Shown: positions 1 through 12,840 of the stretch, in pieces | Layout of the letters: each line of letters begins with the position of its first letter | Position numbering within the stretch: the first letter of the stretch is position 1 | Origin: Paraspadella gotoi | Lineage: Eukaryota > Animalia > Chaetognatha | Direction of reading: 5' to 3' | DNA: 64,000 bases | Assembly (NCBI GenBank): GCA_051294375.1 | Contig: CM119264.1 | Coordinates: forward strand, 13,784,813 to 13,848,812 | Translations under genes and position numbers: made by a program | The notes under the pieces: generated by a model | Told to the model about the DNA's origin: nothing | Databases searched by the model: none | What the model saw: only the letters and a program-made list of their open reading frames with translations

Positions 1-2
1 AT

Positions 3-929
3 CTTTCGCCGACGGGGTCCGACCCTCCGTCCCCGCGGAACCACGACCCTCTTTTGCCCCCCGAATCGCCCCTGAGATCTTCGCGAAGGTCGCCCAGGAC
101 GGCCTACGATCCGCTCTTGCCTCCCAGTTCGCCGCTCAGGTCTCCACGACGGTCTCCTCGATCGCCTTCGGACCCTCTTCTCCTCCCGTCCAATCTCGAG
201 GCGGACTGTCCCCTTCTCCTCCTCCCTCCACCCTCCTCCTCTTCCTCCTCTTCCTCTTCCTCCGCTTTCGTCCGGACTTCGTACAAGAAACTCTTCCGCG
301 TCAAACCCCCGCCCTCTTTTTCTTTTGGCAAAAAGAAACAAACGAACAAACAAACGTTGATCGGAGGGAAGAACGGACAAACGAACGGAATAAAGAACGG
401 AGTGACGAACGGATTAACGAACGGATTAACGAATGAAAAGGCGAACAATGTCGTCGAAAGAACCAAAACCGGAACTTCAGTCAAAAACGGAGAACTGGAC
501 GAAGCCCGCGGAAAGGAACGACCGGAAGTGACGCCGAGAACGCCACTCGTTGAGGAGGCGCGAAAATGTCGCTCCGCCGCGTCGTTGTCTGCGGCGGCGG
601 CTGCGTCGGCGGCTGCGAAGGCGTCTCCCATCAAATCTTCGGCGTCCTTCGTCTCCCACGTTCCGCCAGAGTTTCTCCACATCGATTTTTCAAAACAAAC
701 AACGAGCGAGATTTGTAAACAAATAAAGGCCAAAGGGGCGGAAGGAGATGACGAGGGAAAAGGGGGAAAAGGGGAAGCAGCTCGAAAAAAGGACGTTTTG
801 TTTGAAATGGGCGGCGATTCTTCGGGGGAAAAGTCATCCACCTCTAATTCCGCTCGCCCTCTCGCGAACGCCGATAAAACGAAACGAAAACAAAAGACAA
901 AGGGAGAAAGGCATTCCATGTTTGTCGAG
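3..929 (+). CDS. Partial internal exon of an unknown Pro/Ser-rich low-complexity protein (gene begins left of the window)
   Basis: Frame open from position 3 through ORF 54..956, GC-rich, ends ...RHSMFVE at a GAG|GTAAGC donor (930). No recognisable domain. Confidence 0.6.
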
Positions 930-1471
930 GTAAGCGGAAAGAGGGAGAGGTGGTGAGGGGAGAAGGGGTAAGGAGCAGAGCAGGGGGCAAGAGTTGAATT
1001 AGGAAGGGGAAGTTTTGTTTGCGCGTTCCTTTTCTTCCTTTTAATAAACTTTGGTTGCGAAGACGAAAACAAAATCTTGAACAAAGAGAAACTCATAAAC
1101 ATTGGATCGCCGACCTTAAGAGGTTGTTATTGTTTGGAATCCAAGCGGGTTTGGAATGTTTTGGACGTGATTTGAAAAAAAGATGAGGGACACAAATATT
1201 CCTTTTTTCTCTCCCTCACTCTCTTTCTCTGCCTCGTAATTTATAGAAAACATTATTTTTTATCATTTGATTAAATCTGCATAAAATTCTGAAATACATT
1301 TTTGTTGTGTTAACTTAAAATCCTAAGGATTGATATAAGGTCATCTTGAGTGAGTGCTCGCGTCTCTTGAACACATTTCCAAAGAATTAGGATCATCGTT
1401 TGATTCTTGAATGAAAATGTAAATTTGTACAAGAAAAATTTCGATGAGGAAAGAGGAGAGAGGAGAGAGAT

Positions 1472-1524
<53 letters not shown>

Positions 1525-2355
1525 ATAAAGTTTTTATCCGTTAAAATCGTCTAGGTATCTTGGAAAAAAAAATCCCTCAAGGATTAACACGACAAATCCA
1601 TAAGGACTAACACGCCCACCAAGGACCACGACACAAACACAGAGACGCCACCTGATGATTTGCATATTACCAAGCAAACGCCCTCCCTTCCACTTTCAGT
1701 TTACAATCGGTACTCCTTCGAGGCGACGTTACTGTTCTCTTTAACGCTTTCCTTTTGTTTAAACTCTTTTCACTTTTGTTGACAAGACTTTTTTCTTCTC
1801 TTATACAAATCGATTAGTCATTGTCGTCGTCGTCATCGTCGTTTGATCTCGCTCCCTTCGTATGTCATTAATGAATTTTGAAATCCCCAATTTTTGTAAA
1901 AATTCTGTTTTTTTTTCTGGATGAGTTTTACTATAAAACAAAATATTTTTCTTTTGGGTGATATAAAACTTTGTGGCCAAACGGTATCGCCTACTTTCGT
2001 CTTTCTTTTTCTTCTCACGCAGAAGGAATTTTATTCCCATTTCGAAATCAATAGATGAACATTGATTTAGGCTTTATTACAATGAACGAGCTCAAACAAT
2101 CCTAAAAATGAATATCAAACAAATTTATTGAGATCGGATCCCAACCCTCAAAGCCATAAATTTAATTTGTTGATATTTATTTTGATTTGTTTTTTAAACA
2201 AAACTTGAAACTACCGCGCGCTATATAGTTGGCGATCATTCATCGGTTTTCTTAGCGACGTTGATAACTTGACCTTATTTTGACCTCGTTTGATCTTTCG
2301 TTTGATCTTTTTTTTTTGACCATTACTGACCTTTTTGACCCCGCCTTTGCATAAA

Positions 2356-2394
2356 GTGAAGGAAATACTCGGGGAGCGCTCCGATCAATACTGA
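2356..2394 (+). CDS. Possible short terminal exon (VKEILGERSDQY*) of the left-edge gene
   Basis: Follows a pyrimidine/TGACC-rich tract, but the acceptor phase is off by 1 nt relative to the donor at 930. Confidence 0.2.
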   Translation: MKEILGERSDQY

Positions 2395-3682
2395 TGAGAG
2401 AGAAAGCGAGAGCAAGAGAGAGAGAGAGAGAGAGACAGTGCTGGAAATTTATTATCAGCTACACGCTCTAACCGTCTGTTCGAAGAAAAAAAAAAGAAAA
2501 GGGGAACAAGAATTGAGTATAACTAATGAATATTCCGCAAAGAAGAAACGTGGAAGACTCAAAAGGGGTTCGAGGTTTAAGGGAAAAGGAAAGAGAGAAA
2601 AGGGGCAGAGAGAAATCACGAATATAGAAAAGAAAGAAGATAAAAGAGGAATTGGGGTGGGCTGGCGAGAAAAAAAGATAAGGATTGAGGGGAAACATAT
2701 CGAGAGTGGGGGGAAAGAGAGAGAGAGAAAAAAAGTTGAAAACAAAAAGGCAATTGTTGAAAAAAAAAATATTGGAGAGAGATTGGAAAGAGCGTTGGAA
2801 GAGAACGAAACGACGACGAGGAAAAGAAGAAGAAGGAAATGGAATTCAATGCGATGCATTGGATTCTCGAATGGAATTTCCGTGGATAATATTTCGATAT
2901 CGATTTAAATCGGTTTTGTTTCAATTTCAATTTCTCTCGTGGGTCATTTTAAAACAGACAAACTAGAAATATGACTACGGAGATGCATGTCTTCCTCAAC
3001 AGAAACATTAAAAAAATGACCGATAATAAAATCACGAGAATTAATTCAACGGAAGATGAAAATCGGATAAAACAGAGGAAAAGATAAAATCGTCAGAATT
3101 GAAAAAAAAAGGGAAATCTTGTATTTATAATATCTGTTTTGGGCAACTTATGATATTTATTTTCCGAGAGATAAAAACTGGGAATTTGAAAAATTGGACT
3201 TTATACAATATTTACAAACAATGATCTTTGAGGTCAAGGATGAGGATTTAGCCCCTAAATTTTAGGAGTGAGTAGTCTCGACGTTGACTGAATCCGAAAT
3301 GGGAACCGAAAATCGAATGTTAACTTCGCGAGTCAACATTTCCTTCTCTTTTCAGCGCAATCGAGTTGACGTCGAATCGATATCTCGCCAGAATAGGGAT
3401 CGACCAAACCCACAGGGATGACCAAAATTTCTCGTTGTAGGGATCGCTTAAATCCCCCCTTCCCCCGTCGCTGGGGAAATCCTAATCTTGATAAATTGCA
3501 AAGATGAGAGTTGAGATAAGAGAGAGTTGCGTTGGAGATGGAGAAGGGGAGGTAGGTAGGAATTTAATATATATATATTACATACTATGTAATTAAATAA
3601 AGGGAAGAGAAGAAGGTTGAAATAAAGAATAGGAAGTTACAAAAGTGAATAGTAAAAAAAACTTTGATATTAACTTGACTTG

Positions 3683-3717
<35 letters not shown>

Positions 3718-4354
3718 TTGGCGTTCATCCCCTCCCACGAATTTTACGACTATTTTGTTCGTCGTCATCGTCTTTATTGACAAGAGTTTTTATCGTCGTC
3801 ATCCTCCTTATTAACATCGTTTTCGTCGTCGTCTTCGTCGTCGTCTCTCCTTTCCCAGAGTCTCATCGCCTTTCCCCCCCACCCCCCCAGCCCCAGGTTA
3901 GCTAATTAAAAAAGTATTGTTTTTTAACGACGACGAAAACGAAGACGAAAGATTTGATTAGCGAAGTCGACGCTTTTTTATCTTCTCCACTTTGGCTTCT
4001 TTTTAATCTCGCCGAGGAAATCTTCCCCAAGAAGGAGTTGAGATCGTTCTCGGGTTCGTCCCCCTCCTCCTCTTACTCGCTTTACGTATATATTTCCCAT
4101 TCTCATCCCATCTTTACATTGTTAGCTATATCGTTTCTCCACTTCCGTCTTTTCCCAGATATCTCGGATTTCTCTTCGCCCTTTCCCCTTTATTGGTTTC
4201 CCTTCCTCTTATTCCCCGTTTTTCTCCTTTCTTTTTCTTTTTTCCAATTGTGACTCGTCTGGAATTAGATTGCGATACGTAGTCTTGTTTCACCAATCGT
4301 CAAATATTAGGAAGATTAATTTATTTATTTATTTATTTTTATTGGCCTATTTTG

Positions 4355-4401
<47 letters not shown>

Positions 4402-4456
4402 AAGAAATAAATAAATAAATAAATAAAAAAATAAAAAAATAAAAAAATAAAAAATA

Positions 4457-4545
4457 AATGAATTAATGAATGAATGAATGAATGAATGAATGAATGAATG
4501 AATGAATGAATGAATGAATGAATGAATGAATGAAAGAATGAATGA
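4457..4545. repeat. (ATGA)n microsatellite
   Basis: Direct reading. Confidence 0.95.
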
Positions 4546-4744
4546 ATAACTAAGAGGTATTAAAAAAAGAAAGAAGAACCCAAGCAAAAAAAATGAGGTA
4601 ACCAAGTAAGGGCGAAAAAAAATGTGAAAAAAAGATTAAAAAAAATGCAGAAAAGGATTAGTTGACAATTCTTTCGGTTTAGCGTCAAAAAGACGAGAAA
4701 TCAGCTTAAATCCGGAATTTGAAGTATGTTCCCTCGTTTGCTCG

Positions 4745-4837
4745 TTCGTTCTTTCGTTCGTTCGTTCGTTCGTTCGTTCGTTCGTTCGTTCGTTCGTTCG
4801 TTCGTTCGTTCGTTCGTTCGTTCGTTCGTTCGTTCGT
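4745..4837. repeat. (TTCG)n microsatellite
   Basis: Direct reading. Confidence 0.95.
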
Positions 4838-5639
4838 TGTTCTGGTTTTAATCGATTCCACTCAGAAAAAAAATCTTTGTAGGGGGAAACAACCAGTTCT
4901 CAATTACTCGATAATGGAAAAAAATTCGTTTCCATTTTGCGTCTTTTTCCGGGATCCAAGAAACAAACCAAATCCTAACAAAAAAACAAACAAACAAACC
5001 GAAAAAAAGAACTTTTTTTTGTTTTGGTTCCAACGGAGCTCGAAAGAGGCTGGAATTAATCCCATGACGGAGAAACCGAGAAGGGAGAGCAGGAGGGGGG
5101 GAGTAGGGAGGGGGGGGTTGGTTAAGAATGGAGGAAAAAGGGAGGAAAGGGAAGAAAAGAAGGGAGGAAGGAGAGGGAAAGATTACAAGGAGGAGATAAA
5201 GGGCGCAGAAAAGAAGAAGGGAATGAGGGAGAGTGATATCTCCTGGGTAAGAAACGAAGTAGCTGATATCTCTTTTCTTTTGTGTGCTAAGCGACGGGGT
5301 AGAGAGAACCGAGGGACGTAGCAGATGGGTCGGCGACGCCCGGTGCCAGGTTGAGGTGAAAACGAATGACGCACCATAAAAACAAGCGACGTCGGCGCCA
5401 AAATGACGTAAGACCCCATCTTGTTTCGTCTGAGATGGCGCACCTCGTCGTTGTTGGGCTTTATTGTTGTTGTTATGGTCCCACGGAGGGAAAGCTCGGT
5501 ATTCACGTTCCTATATTGTTGTTGTTGTTGTCGCTGGAGATATAAAACAATTTAATTATTTTAACAACGGGACCAACATTGGAAACGTTTTATTCGCGTA
5601 ATTATTTCTCATCACTCACTCCTTGTTAGCTCACCTCAG

Positions 5640-5787
5640 GGGCAGAGTCGACGACAACGGTAAAAACGACGACGACGAACTGAACGACGAGGAAGTCGAG
5701 GAAAAAACGGAAGACGACGACGACAACGACGACAACGACGACGACGGTGCTCTTCGGAATGACGCGAAAGGACGTTTAAGCAATTAA
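5640..5787 (+). CDS. Possible acidic terminal exon (GRVDDNGKNDDDELNDEEVEEK...KGRLSN*)
   Basis: CTCAG acceptor followed by an open GAC-rich frame. May simply be (GAC)n low-complexity sequence. Confidence 0.2.
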
Positions 5788-7020
5788 AACTTGAACTGAT
5801 CAAGAGTCGAGGTGACCTTGAAAGAACAAAGCTTCACATTACTCATGGTGAAAAAAAAGGCTGACGTTTCTCCGACATTTTCTCGACATTTTCCAGATAT
5901 TCCACATCCTATCTCAGGCAGTTTCCCCAACAGTTCTCCGACTGTTCCACGCTGTTCGACAGTTCTGGTCCAATGAACGCGATTTATTGATCCGAGTTTG
6001 GTCTTCGATTCTCTTCCAAAAGATTCTCCTCTGGCGAATCGACTTCCTTCGGGTTTCACGAGTCGATGAGGCCGTCGCTTCTTGGGGTCATTGGCAACTT
6101 TGCTCCTTTCTTTCTCGACACCATTTCCTATTTTTACTAAATTCCAATATAATATGTAAAATCTAACAATCTACAAATATCCATTTCGAAACTAGAATCT
6201 CTTTCACTCCGATCCGTCCATTTTGCTCGTCCATCGAGAATCTTTAAATCCGGTGATTAGGACTTCAAGGACGAAGGACGACGACGACGACGACGACGAC
6301 AACGACGACAACCACCATAACGATAACGACGACACCGACGTGACCCACTTTAAGTTTAAATAAGCCCCATCGTTCCTTCAAAACTGTTAATTTATTTGAA
6401 AAACAAAAAAAAAAAGCAAAAAAGTTGTGGAAGCACGAAACACAAGCTTCGCCGACTTGAAAAAAAAAGTCATTAAAACCAACAGGGTTTCATAACGACG
6501 TTGAATCGCGTCGTTCAATGGGGACCCGGTTCCATTTTAACGCTACCGACGTCGACGCCGTCACGTGACCCTCGTTGATGGTTATGATGATGAGCTCGTT
6601 ATTTGGTCGCCAGGAGGTCGAGGGTTCCAGGCGAGCAGGCGAAAAAAAAAGGTCCCGTCTGACGTTTTTTGATGTAATCTTAGCCAGAGTGGCGGGGTTA
6701 AACGATGTCAGTGGGCAAGCAAAGTTACCACGCCCACGTGAGCCCACGCATGAACAATGCGTGGTTCACTGCTTCGCTCTATTTTTCAAGAATCTTCCCC
6801 CGGTTTCTCTTTTATTTACAAAATGAGTTCCACCCCAAACCAACGCCCTTTTTTTTGCCCCATTTGCATACGAGCGTCATTAGCTTTTAATTCTGGCAAG
6901 TCCTGCAGAGAAAGTGCAGAGAAAGTGTAGTCAGTTGTGGCTTTTGTCTAAGTTTAAAAAAAATATTTTGAGGGACTAGTTTTTAGAAATGCTTCTTTCC
7001 GATCTCTGTATTCATTTGCT

Positions 7021-7205
7021 CTTTTCTTTTCTTTTCATTTCTTTTCTTTTCTTTTTTTCTTTCTTTTCTTTTCTTTTCCTTTCTTTTCTTTTCTTTTCTT
7101 TCTTTCTTTTTTTCTTTTCTTTTCTTTTTCTTTTCTTTTCTTTTTCTCTTTTCTTTTTTTTTTTTCTTTTCTTTTCTTTTCTTTTCTTTTCTTTTCTTTC
7201 TTTTC

Positions 7206-7237
<32 letters not shown>

Positions 7238-7292
7238 CTTTTTCTTTTCTTTTCTTTTCTTTTCTTTTCTTTTCGTTTTTTCCTTTCTTTTC
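7021..7292. repeat. (TTTTC)n polypyrimidine tract
   Basis: Direct reading. Confidence 0.95.
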
Positions 7293-8114
7293 ATTTATCT
7301 TTCTTTTTTAAATTTTTTTTCAGATATCGATTTACATTGCATTTCAGAAGACAGTTTTTAAATCGCTTTCAAGCCGAAAAGGTCTTCCCTCCTAACCTAA
7401 CAAGAAGAAAAAAAGAAAAAAAAATCTCGGGTTGCCCTCCGCTCCAGTTTGACCCTTTTAACCTTCACCTTTCTAATTCACAATTTTTTTCTCCTTTTTC
7501 TTTCCATCCGTTTGAACATCGCGTTTTGATCGTCCACTTTTATTTCTTTCCTCCATTTTCTTCTTCCATCCTTTCCTTCTTTCTGCCTTTTATTCGCCAC
7601 ATGTGCTACAACATCATTTTTCTTCTACTCTCCTTCCTCGAGCATGTATACAGCTTCTTTTTTGTCGCAAAGCCTTTTATTACTTTCTTTTCTTTCCTTT
7701 CCTCCCCTTATCTCCCATTTCCTCCCTTTCTTTCCTTCGTCCCCCGGAATATTTGATCCTTCGTTTGACCCTTCCATCCATCGACTCGTAATTCACCTTA
7801 AAAGAGGCTCTTCAATGATGCCACTTTGGCCGGGAGCGAGGGAGGCTTCCATCTGCAGAAGTCGGGGACGGGAGGGAAAGGGAAAGAGGAAAGGGGTTAG
7901 AAAGGAGAAAGGAAGGAAAAAGAAGAGAAAAAAAAGGAAAGGAAAAAGGAGGGGACAGAAGAAGGAAGGGCTTTCGGCTGGGATTTGAAAAAAAGCAGCT
8001 TAGAAGGAAAGGAAACGAGCTTTTCGGTTCGACTGGACCGACGAATCAGCCAGAGCTGAGAGAGTGATGCAGGGATTAAGGCAGAATTTCGAGAGCCTGA
8101 AGTCTCTCTCGAGA

Positions 8115-8145
<31 letters not shown>

Positions 8146-8151
8146 CGAGGA

Positions 8152-8201
<50 letters not shown>

Positions 8202-8312
8202 AGAAAGATAAAGAAAGAAAGAGAGAAGTGTAAAGATAAATATATATATATATATATATATGAAATTGGTACAACCAATATAAAAAATTATCCATTCATT
8301 TAATAAATAAGC

Positions 8313-8370
8313 TATCTTGCCCCTGACTTTGGACAGGCTTTGGTGGGGCCTCCATCACCTCTTACAAATA
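8313..8370 (-). ncRNA. Twister ribozyme, family A, defective copy (cleavage-site UAA deleted)
   Basis: Same as 8634-8696 but the + strand TTTAA is missing and there are small indels. Confidence 0.6.
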
Positions 8371-8633
8371 ATGACATAGCAGGTCCCTGCAAGCTTTCAA
8401 TCAAGACTCTCTCACAGTCTCGTTTATTCACTCCCAGAGTACCTGGCCTTCCCTATCAATGAAGTGGAAAATATTTCAAAGAATGTTTCAATTGTATGAA
8501 AAGACCACTCCCTTAAGTATTAGATCGGGGAATACTTATTGTACTCCGCACTAGCATCAAAATACAAGGAGCTGAATTTTATGAAATTGGTAACAACCAA
8601 TATAAAAATTATCCATTCATTTAATAAATTAGC

Positions 8634-8696
8634 TATCTTGCCCCTGACTTTGGACAGGCTTTGGTGGTTTAAGGCCTCCATCACTCTTACAAGATA
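8634..8696 (-). ncRNA. Twister ribozyme (P5-type), family A, intact
   Basis: UAUCUUGU AA GAGU GA UGG AGGCCU U^AA ACC AC CAAAG CCU G U CCA AA GU C AGG G GCAAGAUA. P5 8 bp, P4 CCUG/CAGG, T1 CCA/UGG, T2 AC/GU, catalytic GA and UAA all in twister order. Predicted cut at 8671^8670. Confidence 0.85.
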
Positions 8697-8960
8697 ATGA
8701 CATAGCAGGTCCCTGCAAGCTTTCAATCAAGACTCTCTCACAGTCTCGTTTATTCACTCCCAGAGTACCTGGCTTCCCTATCAATGAAGTGGAAAATATT
8801 TCAAAGAATGTTTCAATTGTATGAAAAGACCACTCCCTTAAGTATTAGATCGGGGAATACTTATTGTACTCCGCACTAGCATCAAAATACAAGGAGCTGA
8901 ATTTTATGAAATTGGTACAAACCAATATAAAAATTATCCATTCATTTAATAAATAAAGCT

Positions 8961-9025
8961 TATCTTGCCCCTGACTTTGGACAGGCTTTGGTGGTTTTAA
9001 AGGCCTCCATCACTCTTACAAGATA
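8961..9025 (-). ncRNA. Twister ribozyme, family A, third unit
   Basis: Identical core with one extra U and one extra A around the cleavage site (possibly homopolymer read error). Confidence 0.75.
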
Positions 9026-9727
9026 ATGACATAGCAGGTCCTATTGTATTTTGAATATAAAGTTCAAAGTTTATGCAAAAGAGTTAAGATCCGACGACGG
9101 CGATAAAGGCGACAAGGAGGACTCAAACAATCAGGTTTGGGTCTCCTCAGGGTAAGTCGACGCGAGGTGAGTTAACGAGGCGCTATTTTTGGTAGGGATT
9201 CTGTGCGTGCCTTCCGAGGCGTCTCTATCGAAGAAAGGAGGAAAAGTGCGAAGAGGAAGAATAAGTGAGAGACGAAAGAAAAATAACGAGCAGGGGTTGA
9301 ATTGGGTAAGTGTCTCCTTTAAAAGCCGGGCGGGCGGATCGCGTCTAAACGGCGGCCCGTCATGGGATAAGTGCCCTTCCAACTCGGGTCGGAGATGAAG
9401 GGCTCTTTCTTCTTCTTTTTTCTCTTGTGTCGCTAACTCGATTTCCGACGACACAGAGAAACATTGACACAAAATGTGAGATAGGAAATACCGAAAAAAT
9501 ATTTTTTCCATTAAACATTAGAAAGTTTTGGAAATCTCATGGAATAGATAGTCCCGAGCAGGATAATATTTCGATAACATTTAATTAACACTTAATTAAC
9601 TCTTAAATGCACAAAATAGAGACTTTTCCATTATAGTAATTTGACGGAGTAAATTCATCCCTTATCAAAAACCACTGAGTTACATCTGCGCTTCTTTTAT
9701 TCATACGTCACCATACCATATGTTAAC

Positions 9728-9909
9728 CAAACAAACAAAAATTCGAGGTTTTCTTTCATTCTTTCTCAAATAATAAAATAGATAAATATTGTGATAATCT
9801 GTCAAGTCTCCTCCGTGTGAATGGAGAATCTTTTCCTTTTTATGAAATTAAAAAATCGAGGAACGTGAAAGTCTTATTTCTGTTCATCGGTTTTTATTGC
9901 TCCATAGAA

Positions 9910-9997
<88 letters not shown>

Positions 9998-10124
9998 CTC
10001 TCTATTTATCAAAAGCTCAACTTTTCCTTCTTCTTCATGCATTCCTATTTCACGCAACTTTTTGCGTTTCTTTTCTTCTCCTTTTCTCATGCGTTTTCCT
10101 CTCTCGTTAAAAATATCTTTTCTC

Positions 10125-10188
<64 letters not shown>

Positions 10189-11903
10189 TTCTCTCTCTCT
10201 CCTCCATCTTTTTTCATATTCTTTTCAACTGATTTATTCATCTCCTTCTTTTCTTTTTTTTTCGTTATTTTTCTAAAACGAAACCGAATATTTTTTTTCC
10301 TTCTTTAGTGTAATCCCGAGTTCTTCTTCCTTTTTATCGGGAGCATTTATTTTTTTCCTTTNNNNNNNNNNNNNNNNNNNNNNNNNCACATATGTTTCAG
10401 TCTGAATATTAGAAAATTTTTTCGTTGACGCTCGATAATGACCAATGCTTCCTTTCACAGTCTTTCACTGTTGAGAAATCCTCTCTCCGATTTTCTTTCC
10501 TCGTTTCAATCTCTTCTAAATTCGTTTTGATCAACGCCAAGACGAACATGGACGTTCTATGCGCCACAAAAAGAAATATCAGTTTTCAACTCTGATTAAA
10601 CATTAAATGACATTTGATTTGAATTCAAGCCTGGGACGGGAAAAAGAGAATGGTTTATCTCAAGTGTTTCGTTAATAATTTGGTTTGTTTTATTCATTAT
10701 ACTATTTTCTTTTTTCTTTAAACTGTATCTCTTCAGTTTTCCACTCTCCTAAGTTTAGCCAAAGTTTTCTCCAATTTTTCTTTTTTTTACTTCAACTATC
10801 CTCAGTTTTCCTCTCATTTTTCTTCTCCCTTATTTTGTTACGCTCCACTCTTTTCATTATCACTTTTTGTTCTTCTTCGCCATCCTCTTGCCCCGATGTT
10901 CAACTTTCTCCTTCGTTCTGCCCCACTTCCTCCCTTCACGTCCATCTTTCAAATCTGCTCATTATCGAGGGTTGATGTGCGGCATTTTCGCGCGAGAATT
11001 TAAAATGGGCGCGCCTCACGACGGTCTTTGTATCGGAAACAGCGGTAACCATGAAACGGGGAGTATAAAGTTAGGGAAGAATAGGAGCGAAGAGGAAGAG
11101 GAGGGAACAAAAAATTGAAGGAAGAAGTAGAATTAGATTGGAGGAAAGAGAAATAAAAATAAGATAGAAAACACGAACTTCCGATAAAAGAATTAGTAGA
11201 TGTTATTCAAGTGATAATTAAAAAACAATAAACACAATTATGCCATCGTCCTTGGTACTTGATCAATACCATTTACTTTTGAAATAAACAAACAAAAAAA
11301 ATTCGAGGTTTCTGTCATTCTTTTCTAAAAATAATAAAATAAGATAAATATTGTATAATCTGTCAAGTCTCCTCCGTGTGAATGAGAAATCTTTTTCTTT
11401 TTAGAAATTAAAAAATCGAGAACGTGAAAGTCTTATTCGTTCATCGGTTTTTATTGCTCCATAGAATCTCTCTCTTCTCTCGTCTCTCTCTCTTCTCTCT
11501 CTTCTCCTCTCTCTCTCTCTCTTCCTCTCTCTCTCTCTCTCTCTCTATTATATACTATTATCAAAAGCTCAACTTTTCCTTCTTCTTCATAGCATTCCTA
11601 TTCCACGCAACTTTTTGCGTTTCTTTTTCTTCTCCTTTTCTCATGCGTTTTCTCCTCTCGTTAAAATATCTTTTTTCTTCCTTCTTCCTCCTCTCTCTCT
11701 CTCTCTCTTCTCTTCTCTCCTCTCTCTCTCTCTCTCCTCTCTCTCCTTACATCTTTTTCACTATTCTTTTCAACTGATCTTTTATCATCTTCCTCTTTTT
11801 CTTTTTTATTCTAAAACGAAACCGATATTTCTTTTTTCTTCTTGAGTGTAATCCGGAGTTCTTCTTCCCTTTCATACGGAGCAATTCTGATTCTTTTTTT
11901 CCT
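9728..11903. repeat. Direct duplication 9728-10361 / 11287-11903 next to the N-gap at 10362-10386
   Basis: Colinear near-identical text with many homopolymer indels. Probably haplotype or assembly redundancy. Confidence 0.8.
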
Positions 11904-12840
11904 TTATAATTTCAAATGTTTATTAAGACGATTAAAACGGTTTAGATTGGAAGAAGTTAGATATCTAGCTCTCCCTCGGCATCGCTCCTCTCACTCTCAA
12001 GTACACCATTATTTGCGAGTTTTATTGGCCGATTGCCAGCTTATCATTAATATAAATTTTTTTTTGCTTTGATACCTAAATTCAGCTATTTTCTTTTCAG
12101 GAAGAATCAGTCCTCGACTCTACAACTCGTAACGGTCGTGTTCACCTATTTGTTTTCTATTAATTTTTGTTGGTCAGCAAAGAATGATAAGGCGATCGAG
12201 CGGATAGTTCAGTTAACAACACAAGAATCTAAGGTTATCATGCCTGTGAGCACTTTCATCACGGAGAAAAATCAATAATCGCGTGAATAGATGCGTAAGC
12301 AAAACACGATATTCCCGCGTCTCAGATTATCGCGTGTGACAAATCTTAAAGTAATATTCGAGTGGGAGCGTAAAAGCGTGGGAAAAAAATGGGCTAAAGG
12401 ACGTTAGAAGGGCTTTCACCTCTTTGTGGCTATAATTTCAATGAGTCAAAATCGTCTGGCTCAACTATATTCTTATCCCATTCTCTGTCCTCATTGTCAT
12501 TAGTATACGTACATTATTACGGATCCTCAAACTCACATCATCAGGTAGTTTTAACGGCCTTCAACTGCTTTTTTGCCAACGTGCATACCGAATTCAAATT
12601 TTTCTCTCTCCTTTTATAAACTCATATCGTGTATTTCTCTCTGACTGAGGCTCTTAACTGTACGCCGATTAGCCCTTAAACATTTTCTCGACTTGGACTC
12701 AATCAAATTTCAAAACGAATTTGTGTCCATCCTTTAAAAAACGAGAAATATCGTTAGATAATGTCATAGCAGAGAAGAGAGAAAGAGTAGAGGGAGAGAA
12801 GAAGAAAGAGAATAATCTCAATGAGGCGAGAGCCGATATT

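Larger units (their letters stand above)
8260..9041 (-). mobile_element. Family A: ~2.4 tandem units of a 321-325 bp repeat, one twister motif per unit (retrozyme-like)
   Basis: Units start ATGAAATTGGT at 8260, 8581 and 8906. Related copies at 21379-21804 (inverted), 54849-54872 and 55187-55249. Confidence 0.85.

Noticed and set aside
104-1102. 332-aa minus-strand ORF (likewise 51512..52618 and 63479..63949)
   Set aside because: Antisense shadows of GC-rich + strand exons that have proper splice signals.
2376-2410. CTGATGAG..GAAAGCG hammerhead-like core
   Set aside because: No stem I or stem II. The GAAA comes from the adjacent (GA)n repeat.
6983-7756. Long F/S/L-rich or R/E/K-rich ORFs here and throughout the window
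   Set aside because: Translations of (CT)n, (TTTC)n, (ATC)n and (GTC)n microsatellites.
8260-9041. Tandem array as a CRISPR, 5S or spliced-leader RNA locus
   Set aside because: No unique spacers, no 5S similarity, no convincing SL donor plus Sm site. The twister fold explains the core.
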